DNA of 64,000 nt. Origin: an uncultured virus (IMG/VR IMGVR_UViG_3300027687_000007). Its lineage: Duplodnaviria; Heunggongvirae; Uroviricota; Caudoviricetes; Crassvirales. Of the stretch, positions 41,009-49,800 are shown one piece after another (positions within the stretch are counted from its first letter, which is position 1; every line of letters begins with the position of its first letter). The stretch lies in the IMG/VR virus record IMGVR_UViG_3300027687_000007; one strand, written 5' to 3'. The notes beneath the pieces are model-generated. The model was given only the letters and a program-made list of their open reading frames with translations. It had not been told where the DNA came from and made no database searches. The position numbers were made by a program, and so were the translations under genes.

Positions 41009-41313
41009 GATCTTTTATAAGCTTCAGCTTCCCAAGGCAAATCCTTCGCACCTTCTTCCATATCAGATCTTGAGTATTTTTTACCTTTCCAATAAACATT
41101 GTCATTGTCATAATCTAAATCACCTCTTTCCATTTGTTCTAGGTGAATTTTTTCATGCTCAACAACTCCTTCAACTTCACTTGGATCTAGGTCTTTATTT
41201 ATAACTATAGAACCATTGTTATTAGCTTTACCCATAACACCTTCTTCCATGTCTATTTTATAAATAGGAGTACTATCTACCATGTAAGGTGGATTTGTTA
41301 ATTTAAAAGCCAT
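41005..41313 (-). CDS. small zincin-like metallopeptidase
   Basis: HEKIHLEQ (HExxH) with downstream PWEAEAY third-ligand motif. Confidence 0.7.
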   Translation of the reverse strand: MAFKLTNPPYMVDSTPIYKIDMEEGVMGKANNNGSIVINKDLDPSEVEGVVEHEKIHLEQMERGDLDYDNDNVYWKGKKYSRSDMEEGAKDLPWEAEAYKRS

Positions 41314-41314
41314 A

Positions 41315-41470
41315 TTATTGTTTGTAAGGAAATATTTTATTGAGTGCTCCTTTTCTAGCAGCGCAGCCGCAAGGGATATTTAATCCGCTTGCGACGTTGT
41401 CTACTAATTTTTTGATACCAGTAGCTTTAGTAAACTTCTCTATGTCGTCTCCTAAACCTGTTGATTTCAT
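41315..41470 (-). CDS. small CGC-motif phage protein, 51 aa (not in ORF track)
   Basis: MKSTGLGDDIEKFTKATGIKK...PCGCAARKGALNKIFPYKQ. Confidence 0.75.
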   Translation of the reverse strand: MKSTGLGDDIEKFTKATGIKKLVDNVASGLNIPCGCAARKGALNKIFPYKQ

Positions 41471-41472
41471 AG

Positions 41473-41844
41473 TTAAGCTATTGCTACACTTGCGTATTGT
41501 ACAAATACTGGAGCAGATGTAACAACCATACGACCAACTTGACCAGATTGTGGTGCTGGTACTTGTTGAGTTGCAATTGGCTTACCTAGTGTAGATATTA
41601 TTCCACCTGGATTAGCAGCTATAGCAGCATTAAATGCTTCTAATACAGTCTGCCCACCTACTAGTGCTGCCGTGTGTGTAAAAGTGTAAGTTTGCGCTCC
41701 AGCAATACCATCAGTTATAATAGTTGTTGTTGTAGTTAGATTTCCAATTGGAGCTGCAACGTCTCCAGCGCGTACGTTAACGATGTTACTAATTCCGAAT
41801 AATTCATCCCCTGTTGCTAGAGGTACTTTTAAAAATTTTGCCAT
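41473..41844 (-). CDS. putative capsid decoration/structural protein
   Basis: Ala/Thr/Gly-rich 123 aa, composition like the capsid gene. Confidence 0.5.
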   Translation of the reverse strand: MAKFLKVPLATGDELFGISNIVNVRAGDVAAPIGNLTTTTTIITDGIAGAQTYTFTHTAALVGGQTVLEAFNAAIAANPGGIISTLGKPIATQQVPAPQSGQVGRMVVTSAPVFVQYASVAIA

Positions 41845-41911
41845 TTTGTTTTGTTTAAGTTTATGTTAGTGTTTATGTTTGGCTGAGGTTTGTACAGTCC
41901 TCTCTGTTTTA

Positions 41912-42319
41912 TTATTTTGGTTTTTTAAATTCAAATTCTTCGCCTTTCATTACTCTATCTATTCTTTTATTTACAGCGCCAATAGAATCTTTAGAAACAT
42001 TGAATCTGTCAGCTGACTCTTCATACGCGTTGTATGTTCCAGTTCCATCTTTATAAGCTCCAATCGCCGCCTCGGTATCGTCAAATCTTAATTTCATCAA
42101 ATCAGTTTGACTTACTCCGTCTTTATTTGTTCTATCATCATAAGTGGAAAAGCCCCCTTCTTCTTGATGAGCTGGTGATCCTTTATATGATCCTCCTTTG
42201 TGTGCTGGTGATCCAGCTGACATTGAGTGTTTTGACATCCAAGATCCACCGCCTCCGGCGATTCTATCTATTGGCATGTCTTGCATTAAATTCTTTTTTT
42301 CTTGTGAGTTTGATTCCAT
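41912..42319 (-). CDS. SP-motif family protein
   Basis: GSPAHK, GSPAHQ; DSIGAVNK resembles DSIRGVNK of 8692. Confidence 0.65.
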   Translation of the reverse strand: MESNSQEKKNLMQDMPIDRIAGGGGSWMSKHSMSAGSPAHKGGSYKGSPAHQEEGGFSTYDDRTNKDGVSQTDLMKLRFDDTEAAIGAYKDGTGTYNAYEESADRFNVSKDSIGAVNKRIDRVMKGEEFEFKKPK

Positions 42320-42345
42320 GGTTATTATTTATTTTTATTATTTAT

Positions 42346-42920
42346 TTATGGGCATATTGTTGTTGATCCGTCTTTATTTGTTATTGTTGAGCCACTGTTT
42401 CCAGAGCAAGGAGAAGAACCTCTTGATCCTTTATGTGACTTTCCTGACATCTGTAAATCATCATTTTTGTTTTTCTTATTGATTTTAGCTCTTGTTTTAT
42501 CCATAGCTAAATCAGTTCCACCAACTATATCATCTTGCAGTTGTTGAAAATCTGCTGCATTAGAAAAATACTTTACTGAATCAGGATTTGAATAACTATT
42601 TAGCGGACTTGAGTTTTTTTTTCTTCCTGCCCTTTTTCTTCTTTTTTATCGTGACTAGCGTTTTTAGCATTACCTTTATCAACTAAGCTCATCACTTCTT
42701 TGTTTTCGTAATCATAATCACCGTCTTCACCACCTTTTAAAGATAGTTTTTTAGCTTTTTTCAAATGCTTATCTCCATGATTGTATAGTGGAGATTCATT
42801 CATTTCAGCTGGTGAAGCTTTAATAGCTTCTTGTAAATGTTCTGGTAGGTTTACTTGACCTCCTTTTAGGGTTTTAGCTAAAGCTGAACCCATAAATTTT
42901 TTTGCAAATGGTGAACTCAT
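42346..42920 (-). CDS. SP-motif family protein, about 191 aa via a -1 shift at an A9 run (106 aa, ending 42600, without the shift)
   Basis: MSSPFAKKF start at 42920; -1 frame open 42615-42346 beginning NSSPLNSY. Confidence 0.6.
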
Positions 42921-42936
42921 TTTTTTTATTTTTAGT

Positions 42937-43134
42937 TTAGTTTTTACAACCGAAGTTGTTTGCGTAGTTTGCCATCTTGACAACTTCCTCGCTATATTTA
43001 TCTTTACTTGACATAACTGATGATGCAGCTGAGCAAGCGTCTTTAAAGCCGTTCTTTTTAGCCCAAGCCGTAAACTTACCTTTGTTCTCTGGTTTTATTT
43101 CAGGAAATCCTTTTTTATAAAACGGAGAATTCAT
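42937..43134 (-). CDS. SP-motif family small basic protein
   Basis: MNSPFYKK, KGKFTAWAKK...ANYANN. Confidence 0.7.
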   Translation of the reverse strand: MNSPFYKKGFPEIKPENKGKFTAWAKKNGFKDACSAASSVMSSKDKYSEEVVKMANYANNFGCKN

Positions 43135-43352
43135 TATTTATATACTTTAGCGCATTGCGTTATTGGCATACCTTTATAATAAGTTGGCGCTTTTAGTATT
43201 TGCATACCCGTTGCTCCGTTGCTAGCTCCTTTACCATGAGGTCTACCTTCTTGATCTAAAGGACCATCCCATATATGAGATTCACCTACTACACCTACTT
43301 GGCTACCTGGCTTTAATTTTTCCATTGCTGGATCGTATTTGTTACTATGCAT
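43134..43352 (-). CDS. hypothetical protein
   Basis: 72 aa, WDGPLDQ. Confidence 0.6.
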   Translation of the reverse strand: MHSNKYDPAMEKLKPGSQVGVVGESHIWDGPLDQEGRPHGKGASNGATGMQILKAPTYYKGMPITQCAKVYK

Positions 43353-43367
43353 AATTTTTATTTTATA

Positions 43368-44225
43368 TTAATCTTCTGATAATTCTGTTCTATCTGATAA
43401 TTCTGTTTGCTCCATTATACCTCTACGCTCGTCTTCTTGTCTTTGTAACATGTTACTCATACCTTCGTCTTCAGTTTTTACAACGGAAGCTTCCTCTTGC
43501 AATTGGTTTTGCTTCATTTCTGCATAACCTGGCTTGTTAGCTAAGTTGTGTTGACGCGTGTAGTTTGAATTAGCATCCGTCATTTCTTTTGTATACTTGC
43601 CACCATACTTTCCAAACCCATCAGTTCCCTTATACATCTTGTCACCAGGAAAAGGTAAACCAAAAGCTTTATCTTTATAATCTGATTTAACAGTACCTAG
43701 ATCAACAGCTGGTAATTTTTGAACTTGAAACAAAGGTGTTGCACCTACAGAGTTTTGCATAGACTGAGTACTGCCAAACATACCTTGAGCTACTTGTTGA
43801 GTTTGTGGGCTAAAAACTGGTTGTGCTTGACCCATCGTGTTAGCTTGTTGAGGTGGCACGTTAGACATTAAACTTTGTGGTTGCTGTGCCAATGACGGAT
43901 CCATAACTTGTTTGACTGGAGAATGTTTGCCACCTTCTAGTTTTTTAACACCCTGATTATCTCTTCTTTCTGGGTATAATTCTGCGTCTGTTGGAGGAAG
44001 TGTCTTCTCAATTGTATTTTTTATAACACCACCACCTCTATTAATGTCAGTTTCAACTGGTGGTCGTTTTTTAGGCTTCATATCTTTAGGATCTTCACTT
44101 GGTATAACTCCTTGATTAAATGGTGAATCAGTATCATGTCTAGCGTTTTCTAAATAATGTAAACGCGCACTAGGTTTTAATTTAGTGTTATAAGCTTCCT
44201 TATAATCATATTTTTTACCTTTCAT
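43368..44225 (-). CDS. SP-motif family low-complexity protein
   Basis: SPFNQ, SPVKQ and TPLFQ separate segments; Gln/Pro-rich. Confidence 0.65.
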   Translation of the reverse strand: MKGKKYDYKEAYNTKLKPSARLHYLENARHDTDSPFNQGVIPSEDPKDMKPKKRPPVETDINRGGGVIKNTIEKTLPPTDAELYPERRDNQGVKKLEGGKHSPVKQVMDPSLAQQPQSLMSNVPPQQANTMGQAQPVFSPQTQQVAQGMFGSTQSMQNSVGATPLFQVQKLPAVDLGTVKSDYKDKAFGLPFPGDKMYKGTDGFGKYGGKYTKEMTDANSNYTRQHNLANKPGYAEMKQNQLQEEASVVKTEDEGMSNMLQRQEDERRGIMEQTELSDRTELSED

Positions 44226-44227
44226 TT

Positions 44228-44671
44228 TTATCTATTTTTATCTTTATTTACATTATATATAGCTTTTGTCATTACTTTATCTGTATAACTACTACCAGCT
44301 ATTAATTTGTTTCTTCTTTTACTTATTGGTAGATCTTCTTCACCTAGCATTATTCTGTATATTCTACTTATTAATTGCTTGCATTTAAAAGATACTTCGT
44401 ATATATTAAACATTTGTGTAGATCTATTTCTTTTTCTCCACACAACTATCCAACCTTCTTTAAGTAATCTATTCCATCTTCTGTTATCCCAACTGTAAGA
44501 ATAACTACCCATTTTAAAATCTTTTTTATTAAAAAAACCTATACAATCTAAATAAATTAATAGTTCTAAATCAGCATCGTTTAAGTCATTGTTTTTACAT
44601 GCCCACTTACGTATTATTCTGTAATGTTTTATTAAGTTTAAGTCCTTAATGTCACGTGCACTTATTCTCAT
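44228..44671 (-). CDS. hypothetical protein, possible winged-helix regulator
   Basis: LNDADLELLIYL...RLLKEGWIVVW...Y. Confidence 0.5.
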   Translation of the reverse strand: MRISARDIKDLNLIKHYRIIRKWACKNNDLNDADLELLIYLDCIGFFNKKDFKMGSYSYSWDNRRWNRLLKEGWIVVWRKRNRSTQMFNIYEVSFKCKQLISRIYRIMLGEEDLPISKRRNKLIAGSSYTDKVMTKAIYNVNKDKNR

Positions 44672-44928
44672 AAAACAACAACTACATCCTGAGCTTTAAT
44701 CACATGATACGTTTGTTTTTCTAATTCTATTTTATGACCAGCATGTCTATCAAAAAAGATCTTATCGTTCTCTTTCATTCCAACTATATCAGATCCTACC
44801 GAAACAACCGTTGCTTCTACGTATCTAATGTCTTCTCTCTGGTTTTCTGCAAGAAGTAAACCACCTTTTGTTTTAGTGGTTCCTTCTTTTGTTTTTTGTA
44901 TAATTAAATTTCTACCTATTGCTTTCAT
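44668..44928 (-). CDS. groS: co-chaperonin GroES
   Basis: KAIGRNLII, KTKGGLLL mobile loop, VVSVG, DVVVVL. Confidence 0.9.
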   Translation of the reverse strand: MKAIGRNLIIQKTKEGTTKTKGGLLLAENQREDIRYVEATVVSVGSDIVGMKENDKIFFDRHAGHKIELEKQTYHVIKAQDVVVVL

Positions 44929-46468
44929 CGATTCTTAAATTATTGATTACACAATCGGTTGACAATATCGTTGTAGCTACTGAAGCTGCGTTTTGAAGAG
45001 CACTTTTTGTAACGAGTAAAGGATCTATAATACCTGACTTAATCATATTTACCATTTTTCCTGTAACCACGTTTAGACCTTTACCTTTCATAATAGGTAG
45101 ATCATACTCTACAATGCCCGCGTTTTCTAATATTGTTCTAAAAGGTGATTTAATTGCTTCTAATAATACTTGCTCACCTATTGATTTAGATTTAATATGT
45201 TGCGCGGCATTTAATAAAGCGATTCCACCTCCTGATACTATACCTTCTTTAACAGCAGCTTTCGTAGCGCAAATAGCGTCTTCAACCCTATCTGTTTTTT
45301 CTTTTAATTCAATATCAGAATTAGCACCTACTTTTACTATGGCTATTCTAGCCGCGAGCATTGCTAATCTTTTTTCTAATTTTATTACCTCATAAGCAGG
45401 TAAATCTTTAGATAGTTTTTCTTTTATATCTTCTATAATTAAATTAACATCTTTTGATGTTTCTTTTATTTGAATAACTGTATCTTGGTGAGTTGTTACG
45501 CTTTTTAAACAAGATCCTAAATGTTCTATTTGAATCATATCTAAGTCATCGCCTAAATCTTCATTTATAATAGTAGCACCTGTTAACAAAGAAAGATCAT
45601 CAAGTATTTGTTTTTTATTAACACCATATGTTGGTGCGTTTATAACATTTACCTTGATATTGCCTTTCTTTTTATTCATTGCTAAAGCTGATAAAACACC
45701 TTGTTCTAAGTCGCCTATAATAAGCAAAGGTTTGTTGTTTTTTATTACATACTCTAGCACTGATTGTATTTGTCTAATTGTATCAACTGGTGATTCAATT
45801 AACAGCACTAGTGGATTTTCTAGTTCTGCTGTTTTTGATTGTTGATTAGTTACGAAATGAGAATTAGTAATTCCTTTATCATATTGAACTCCATCAACTA
45901 CTTCAAACACTGTTTTACCTGAAGCAGATGTCTCCATCATGACAACACCCGTGTTATCTACAGATCTAAAAGCGTCTGCAATGATACAACCAAGTTCTTT
46001 GTCGTTGTTGGTAGATATAGTGGCAATTTGATTTATCATTTGCCCTTTAGCTTCTATTGATGTAGATTCTAAATATTTTATAACTTTTTTAACTGCAGAA
46101 TTAATACCATCTTTTAATTCTCTTGAATTTGTTTTATTAGAAACTTTATAAGCTTCTTCTAATATAGCATGAGCTAATACGGTTGCGGTAGTTGTACCGT
46201 CACCTGCTTCTCTCACCGTTTTTCTTGCTGCTTCTTTTAATAGAGTAGCACCCATGTTTTCAACTGGGTCTAGTAATACTATTGAGTCTGCAACTGTAAC
46301 TCCATCTTTTGTTATAACTGGTCTTCCGCTAGCATCTTCTAGCATTACACATTTACCGCTAGCTCCTAATGTGGAGCTAACAGCAGTTGTGAGTTTAGTT
46401 ATACCTTTAAATACATTTTTCCTAGCTTCGTCACCGAAGTTAAGATTTTTGACTATTGAGTCTGACAT
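44912..46468 (-). CDS. groL: chaperonin GroEL
   Basis: ITKDGVTVA, GDGTTTATVLA, GIVSGGG, GIIDP; no GGM tail. Confidence 0.97.
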   Translation of the reverse strand: MSDSIVKNLNFGDEARKNVFKGITKLTTAVSSTLGASGKCVMLEDASGRPVITKDGVTVADSIVLLDPVENMGATLLKEAARKTVREAGDGTTTATVLAHAILEEAYKVSNKTNSRELKDGINSAVKKVIKYLESTSIEAKGQMINQIATISTNNDKELGCIIADAFRSVDNTGVVMMETSASGKTVFEVVDGVQYDKGITNSHFVTNQQSKTAELENPLVLLIESPVDTIRQIQSVLEYVIKNNKPLLIIGDLEQGVLSALAMNKKKGNIKVNVINAPTYGVNKKQILDDLSLLTGATIINEDLGDDLDMIQIEHLGSCLKSVTTHQDTVIQIKETSKDVNLIIEDIKEKLSKDLPAYEVIKLEKRLAMLAARIAIVKVGANSDIELKEKTDRVEDAICATKAAVKEGIVSGGGIALLNAAQHIKSKSIGEQVLLEAIKSPFRTILENAGIVEYDLPIMKGKGLNVVTGKMVNMIKSGIIDPLLVTKSALQNAASVATTILSTDCVINNLRIDESNR

Positions 46469-46496
46469 AATTTAATTTGATTAGATTTAATTGATT

Positions 46497-46787
46497 TTAC
46501 TTAAAGGTTTTTACGACTTTTGGTCCATTAGCGAATTCTAGTTTTTTAACATAGTGAGCAACTGATGAATCAATCGCTTGCTCTGCTCCTTCTAAAGTTT
46601 CACGTCTTGTGACGTCGTGCCAAGTATCTTTTTCATTTGGATCTTGGTGTTCGGTTTGATAGAAACCGTTTGGTAATTGCACAATACGCCAATTTGACTT
46701 ATCAGCAACATGCTTCCAAAGGTCTAAGGTTTCTTGTGTGATTTGTGGTTGACTACTCCACGAACTAGTCTGGTAAAAAATTGTCAT
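46497..46787 (-). CDS. hypothetical protein
   Basis: NWRIVQLPNGFYQTE, W.DVTRRET. Confidence 0.65.
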   Translation of the reverse strand: MTIFYQTSSWSSQPQITQETLDLWKHVADKSNWRIVQLPNGFYQTEHQDPNEKDTWHDVTRRETLEGAEQAIDSSVAHYVKKLEFANGPKVVKTFK

Positions 46788-46843
46788 TGGTTTTGGTTTT
46801 AATTATTATCTGGTTGTTGCTCTTCCCGAGCCGGGTATATTGC

Positions 46844-46860
46844 TATTATTACTTGTTTTG
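46844..46860 (-). promoter_or_regulatory. putative late promoter motif
   Basis: CAAAACAAGTAATAATA. Confidence 0.5.
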
Positions 46861-46879
46861 AGTAATTTTTACTATAATA

Positions 46880-49800
46880 CTATTTTTCTAACTGCTCTAC
46901 TCTTGTTTTTAAATCCTCTATAATTTCTTGTTGTTCTTTTATTGCATTTATCAATACAGCTGTTAACTCTGAGTAAGCTACGGATTTAAGCCCATCATCT
47001 TCATTTTCTAATATAAGTTCTGGTAAAACAGCTTCAACTTCTTGAGCTATAACACCAACTTTAGTAGGTCCTGTATTAAAATCAGTTCTGTTATAATAAA
47101 CACCTCTCATGGCTTGAACCTTTCCAATACAGTCGTCAATTTCAACTATATTTTCTTTTATTCTTATATCAGAATTTTGAGTTAACGTACCATTAATAGT
47201 CATGTTAGCAGTTGAAGGGAAGAATCTATATCTAATTGATCCTCCATCTCTCCAGTATACGTTACCACAATTCATGTCAAAGTAAGTATCTGAATTATTT
47301 GTGTGAAATCTAAAGTGATTTGCTGTTGCATTATTACCTAGAAAAAAATCACCTACTCCAGTAGAGCTTCTTACTATCGAAACTCCATTTACATGAAATT
47401 TTGCTAATGGAGTAACTCCTATACCACAGTCTTGATTTATGATAGTAGCGTAATTGTTAGTAGACCATCTATAAGCACCGCCTGTACTAAACTGCAATGT
47501 ATCGGCAGCAGGATTAAACATACCAGTGTTTGTGTCACTATTAAAAGAGTGTGCTGGTTGGTATGCGCTTCCACCTGTAGATCTCACATATCCCGCTACA
47601 ATATTACCAACCGCTTCAAGGTTTCCTGAAGCTCTTACATTTCCACTTATAAGTAATTCTGTACCATTAGCATCCATCCTTACATCGTAATCAGAAGTAC
47701 CTGTGTTGCTTGTATGGAAATCAATATATCTACCCACTTCTGTTACAGCTCCTACAATTGCTACTCCGCCGTTATGCCAAGCTCCACTCACTGGAACCTT
47801 CAAGCTAAGTGTACCAGTGCTTGTAATTGTTCCTCCTAATATAGGCGATGTTGTAGCTATAGATGTTACGGCACTTGACTTGAACCCTGCATCATTATCA
47901 AAAATACTTAAAGGTAGATCTACAAATTGAGTTTTTAAAGAAGAACCATCACTAGAAGAATCAGATCCGTAAATCATATAATCATCTCCGTCAGGAGTAG
48001 ATCCACCTGGAGCAGCCATAACAATAGAATCAGAACCTGCGTAATCTACATTTAATGTTACAGATCCAGATGATCCTCCTCCTGTCAATCCACTACCCGC
48101 AGATACGTTAGTTATATCTCCAACACTAGTTGTATAACCAGCACCGTTTGCTAATTGATTGTTGTTTGTAATATAATTAGCATTAGTTGCGCCTGTATAA
48201 CCCAAGTTAGCTAATGTCATTGTTCTAGTAGCAAATGAAGTTATAACACCTTGCGTTAAATTCACACTGCTTAAAACCGCTCCACCTGCACTGATACCAA
48301 TATTAGTTGATGTTCCTATAGTAGTATTGCCTGAGCTAGTTACATAACCTGCACCATTAGTAAGTTGATTGTTATTTGTTACATTAGTTGCACCATTCGC
48401 TACATTTAATAGTGTTCTTGCTGCTGCTGCTGTATAAGATCTTCCGTAAGTATCTGTACCGTTTGTTCCAGTAAATAGACCCATTCCTGAACTAGCTCCA
48501 GTTGTAGAAAATGTCCCTGAGCCATTAAAGTACGATGCAAATAAATAACCACTTGAGTTTCTTTGTGCTATCGTGTTGATGCTTTCGCTTGCTGATACTG
48601 TACCTGTAACGGTACCTGTATTTGTTGTATACCCAGCGCCATTGGAAAGTTGATTATTATTAGTAATGTAATTTGCATTTGTAGCACCTGTAAATCCTAA
48701 ACCACCAAGAGTAGTTGTAGAAGATACTAGTCCTGTAACATGACCAAAAGTATCTAATGTTACATCTTGTATGTACGTATTACCTGAGTTATTTACAGTA
48801 GCTTGACTTGACGTGTCTGCGTGAGATATTGTAACTGTACCACTTGTACCTCCACCTGTAATTCCTGTTCCTGCGGTTACACCTGTAATATCACCTACAT
48901 TTCCAGTGTATCCAGCACCGTTTGTTATTGCGTTATTATTTAAACTTATATTTGCTGAACCATTAAAGGACACGCCTGCAATTGTTCTAGCTGTTTGAAG
49001 TACTGTTGCTGAGTAAGCGTTACCCGATATTGTAGTCTGTACAATATTTGGTGCAGAGTTAGTTATTGTAACTGTACCACTAGTGCCTCCACCTGAAATA
49101 CCTGAACCTGCTGTTACTCCTGTTATGTCTCCTGAGTTAGAAGTCCATCCTGCATTATTGCTAAAAATACTAAGTGGAATAGATGATATTAATTGTCTAT
49201 TGTCAACCCCACCATTTTCCGCTATTAAATAGTCAGTAGCTATTAACGTACCTCCAACTGCTAATTCACCTAAGTCTAGAGTAAGTGTTACTGCGCCTGA
49301 ACTACCACCACCACTTAAGCCTGTGCCTGCGGTTACCGCGGTTATATCACCTACGTTAGTAGTATAACCAGAATCATTAGTCCATTGAGATATGTTGTTA
49401 CTTGCAAGACCTAAAGTTACAGTACCACTTGTGCCGCCTCCAGTTAATTTGTTTCCTGCAGTAACGCCTGTAATGTCTCCAACATTTGAAGTATAGCCTT
49501 GATTTTTTACAAACGCAGTTGTAGCTAAATAGGTAGAACTATCTGCTGTTGACCTTGTTACAGATATAGGTGTTGTTGTAAATGTTTTTGCTCCACCAAT
49601 ACTTTGTGTACCTATAGTATATACTCCATTTGTAACTGATCCAGCATTACCTGATACAGTTGTTTGAACAATGTTGGGTGATGTGTTTGTTATAGTTAAT
49701 GTTCCTCCACTAGAAGTAGAAGTAAGTTCTGATTGTATACCAGTACCTTGAGCAAAAGTTATTGTTTCACCATTTGTAACAGTGCTTGTTTCAGTGCCAT

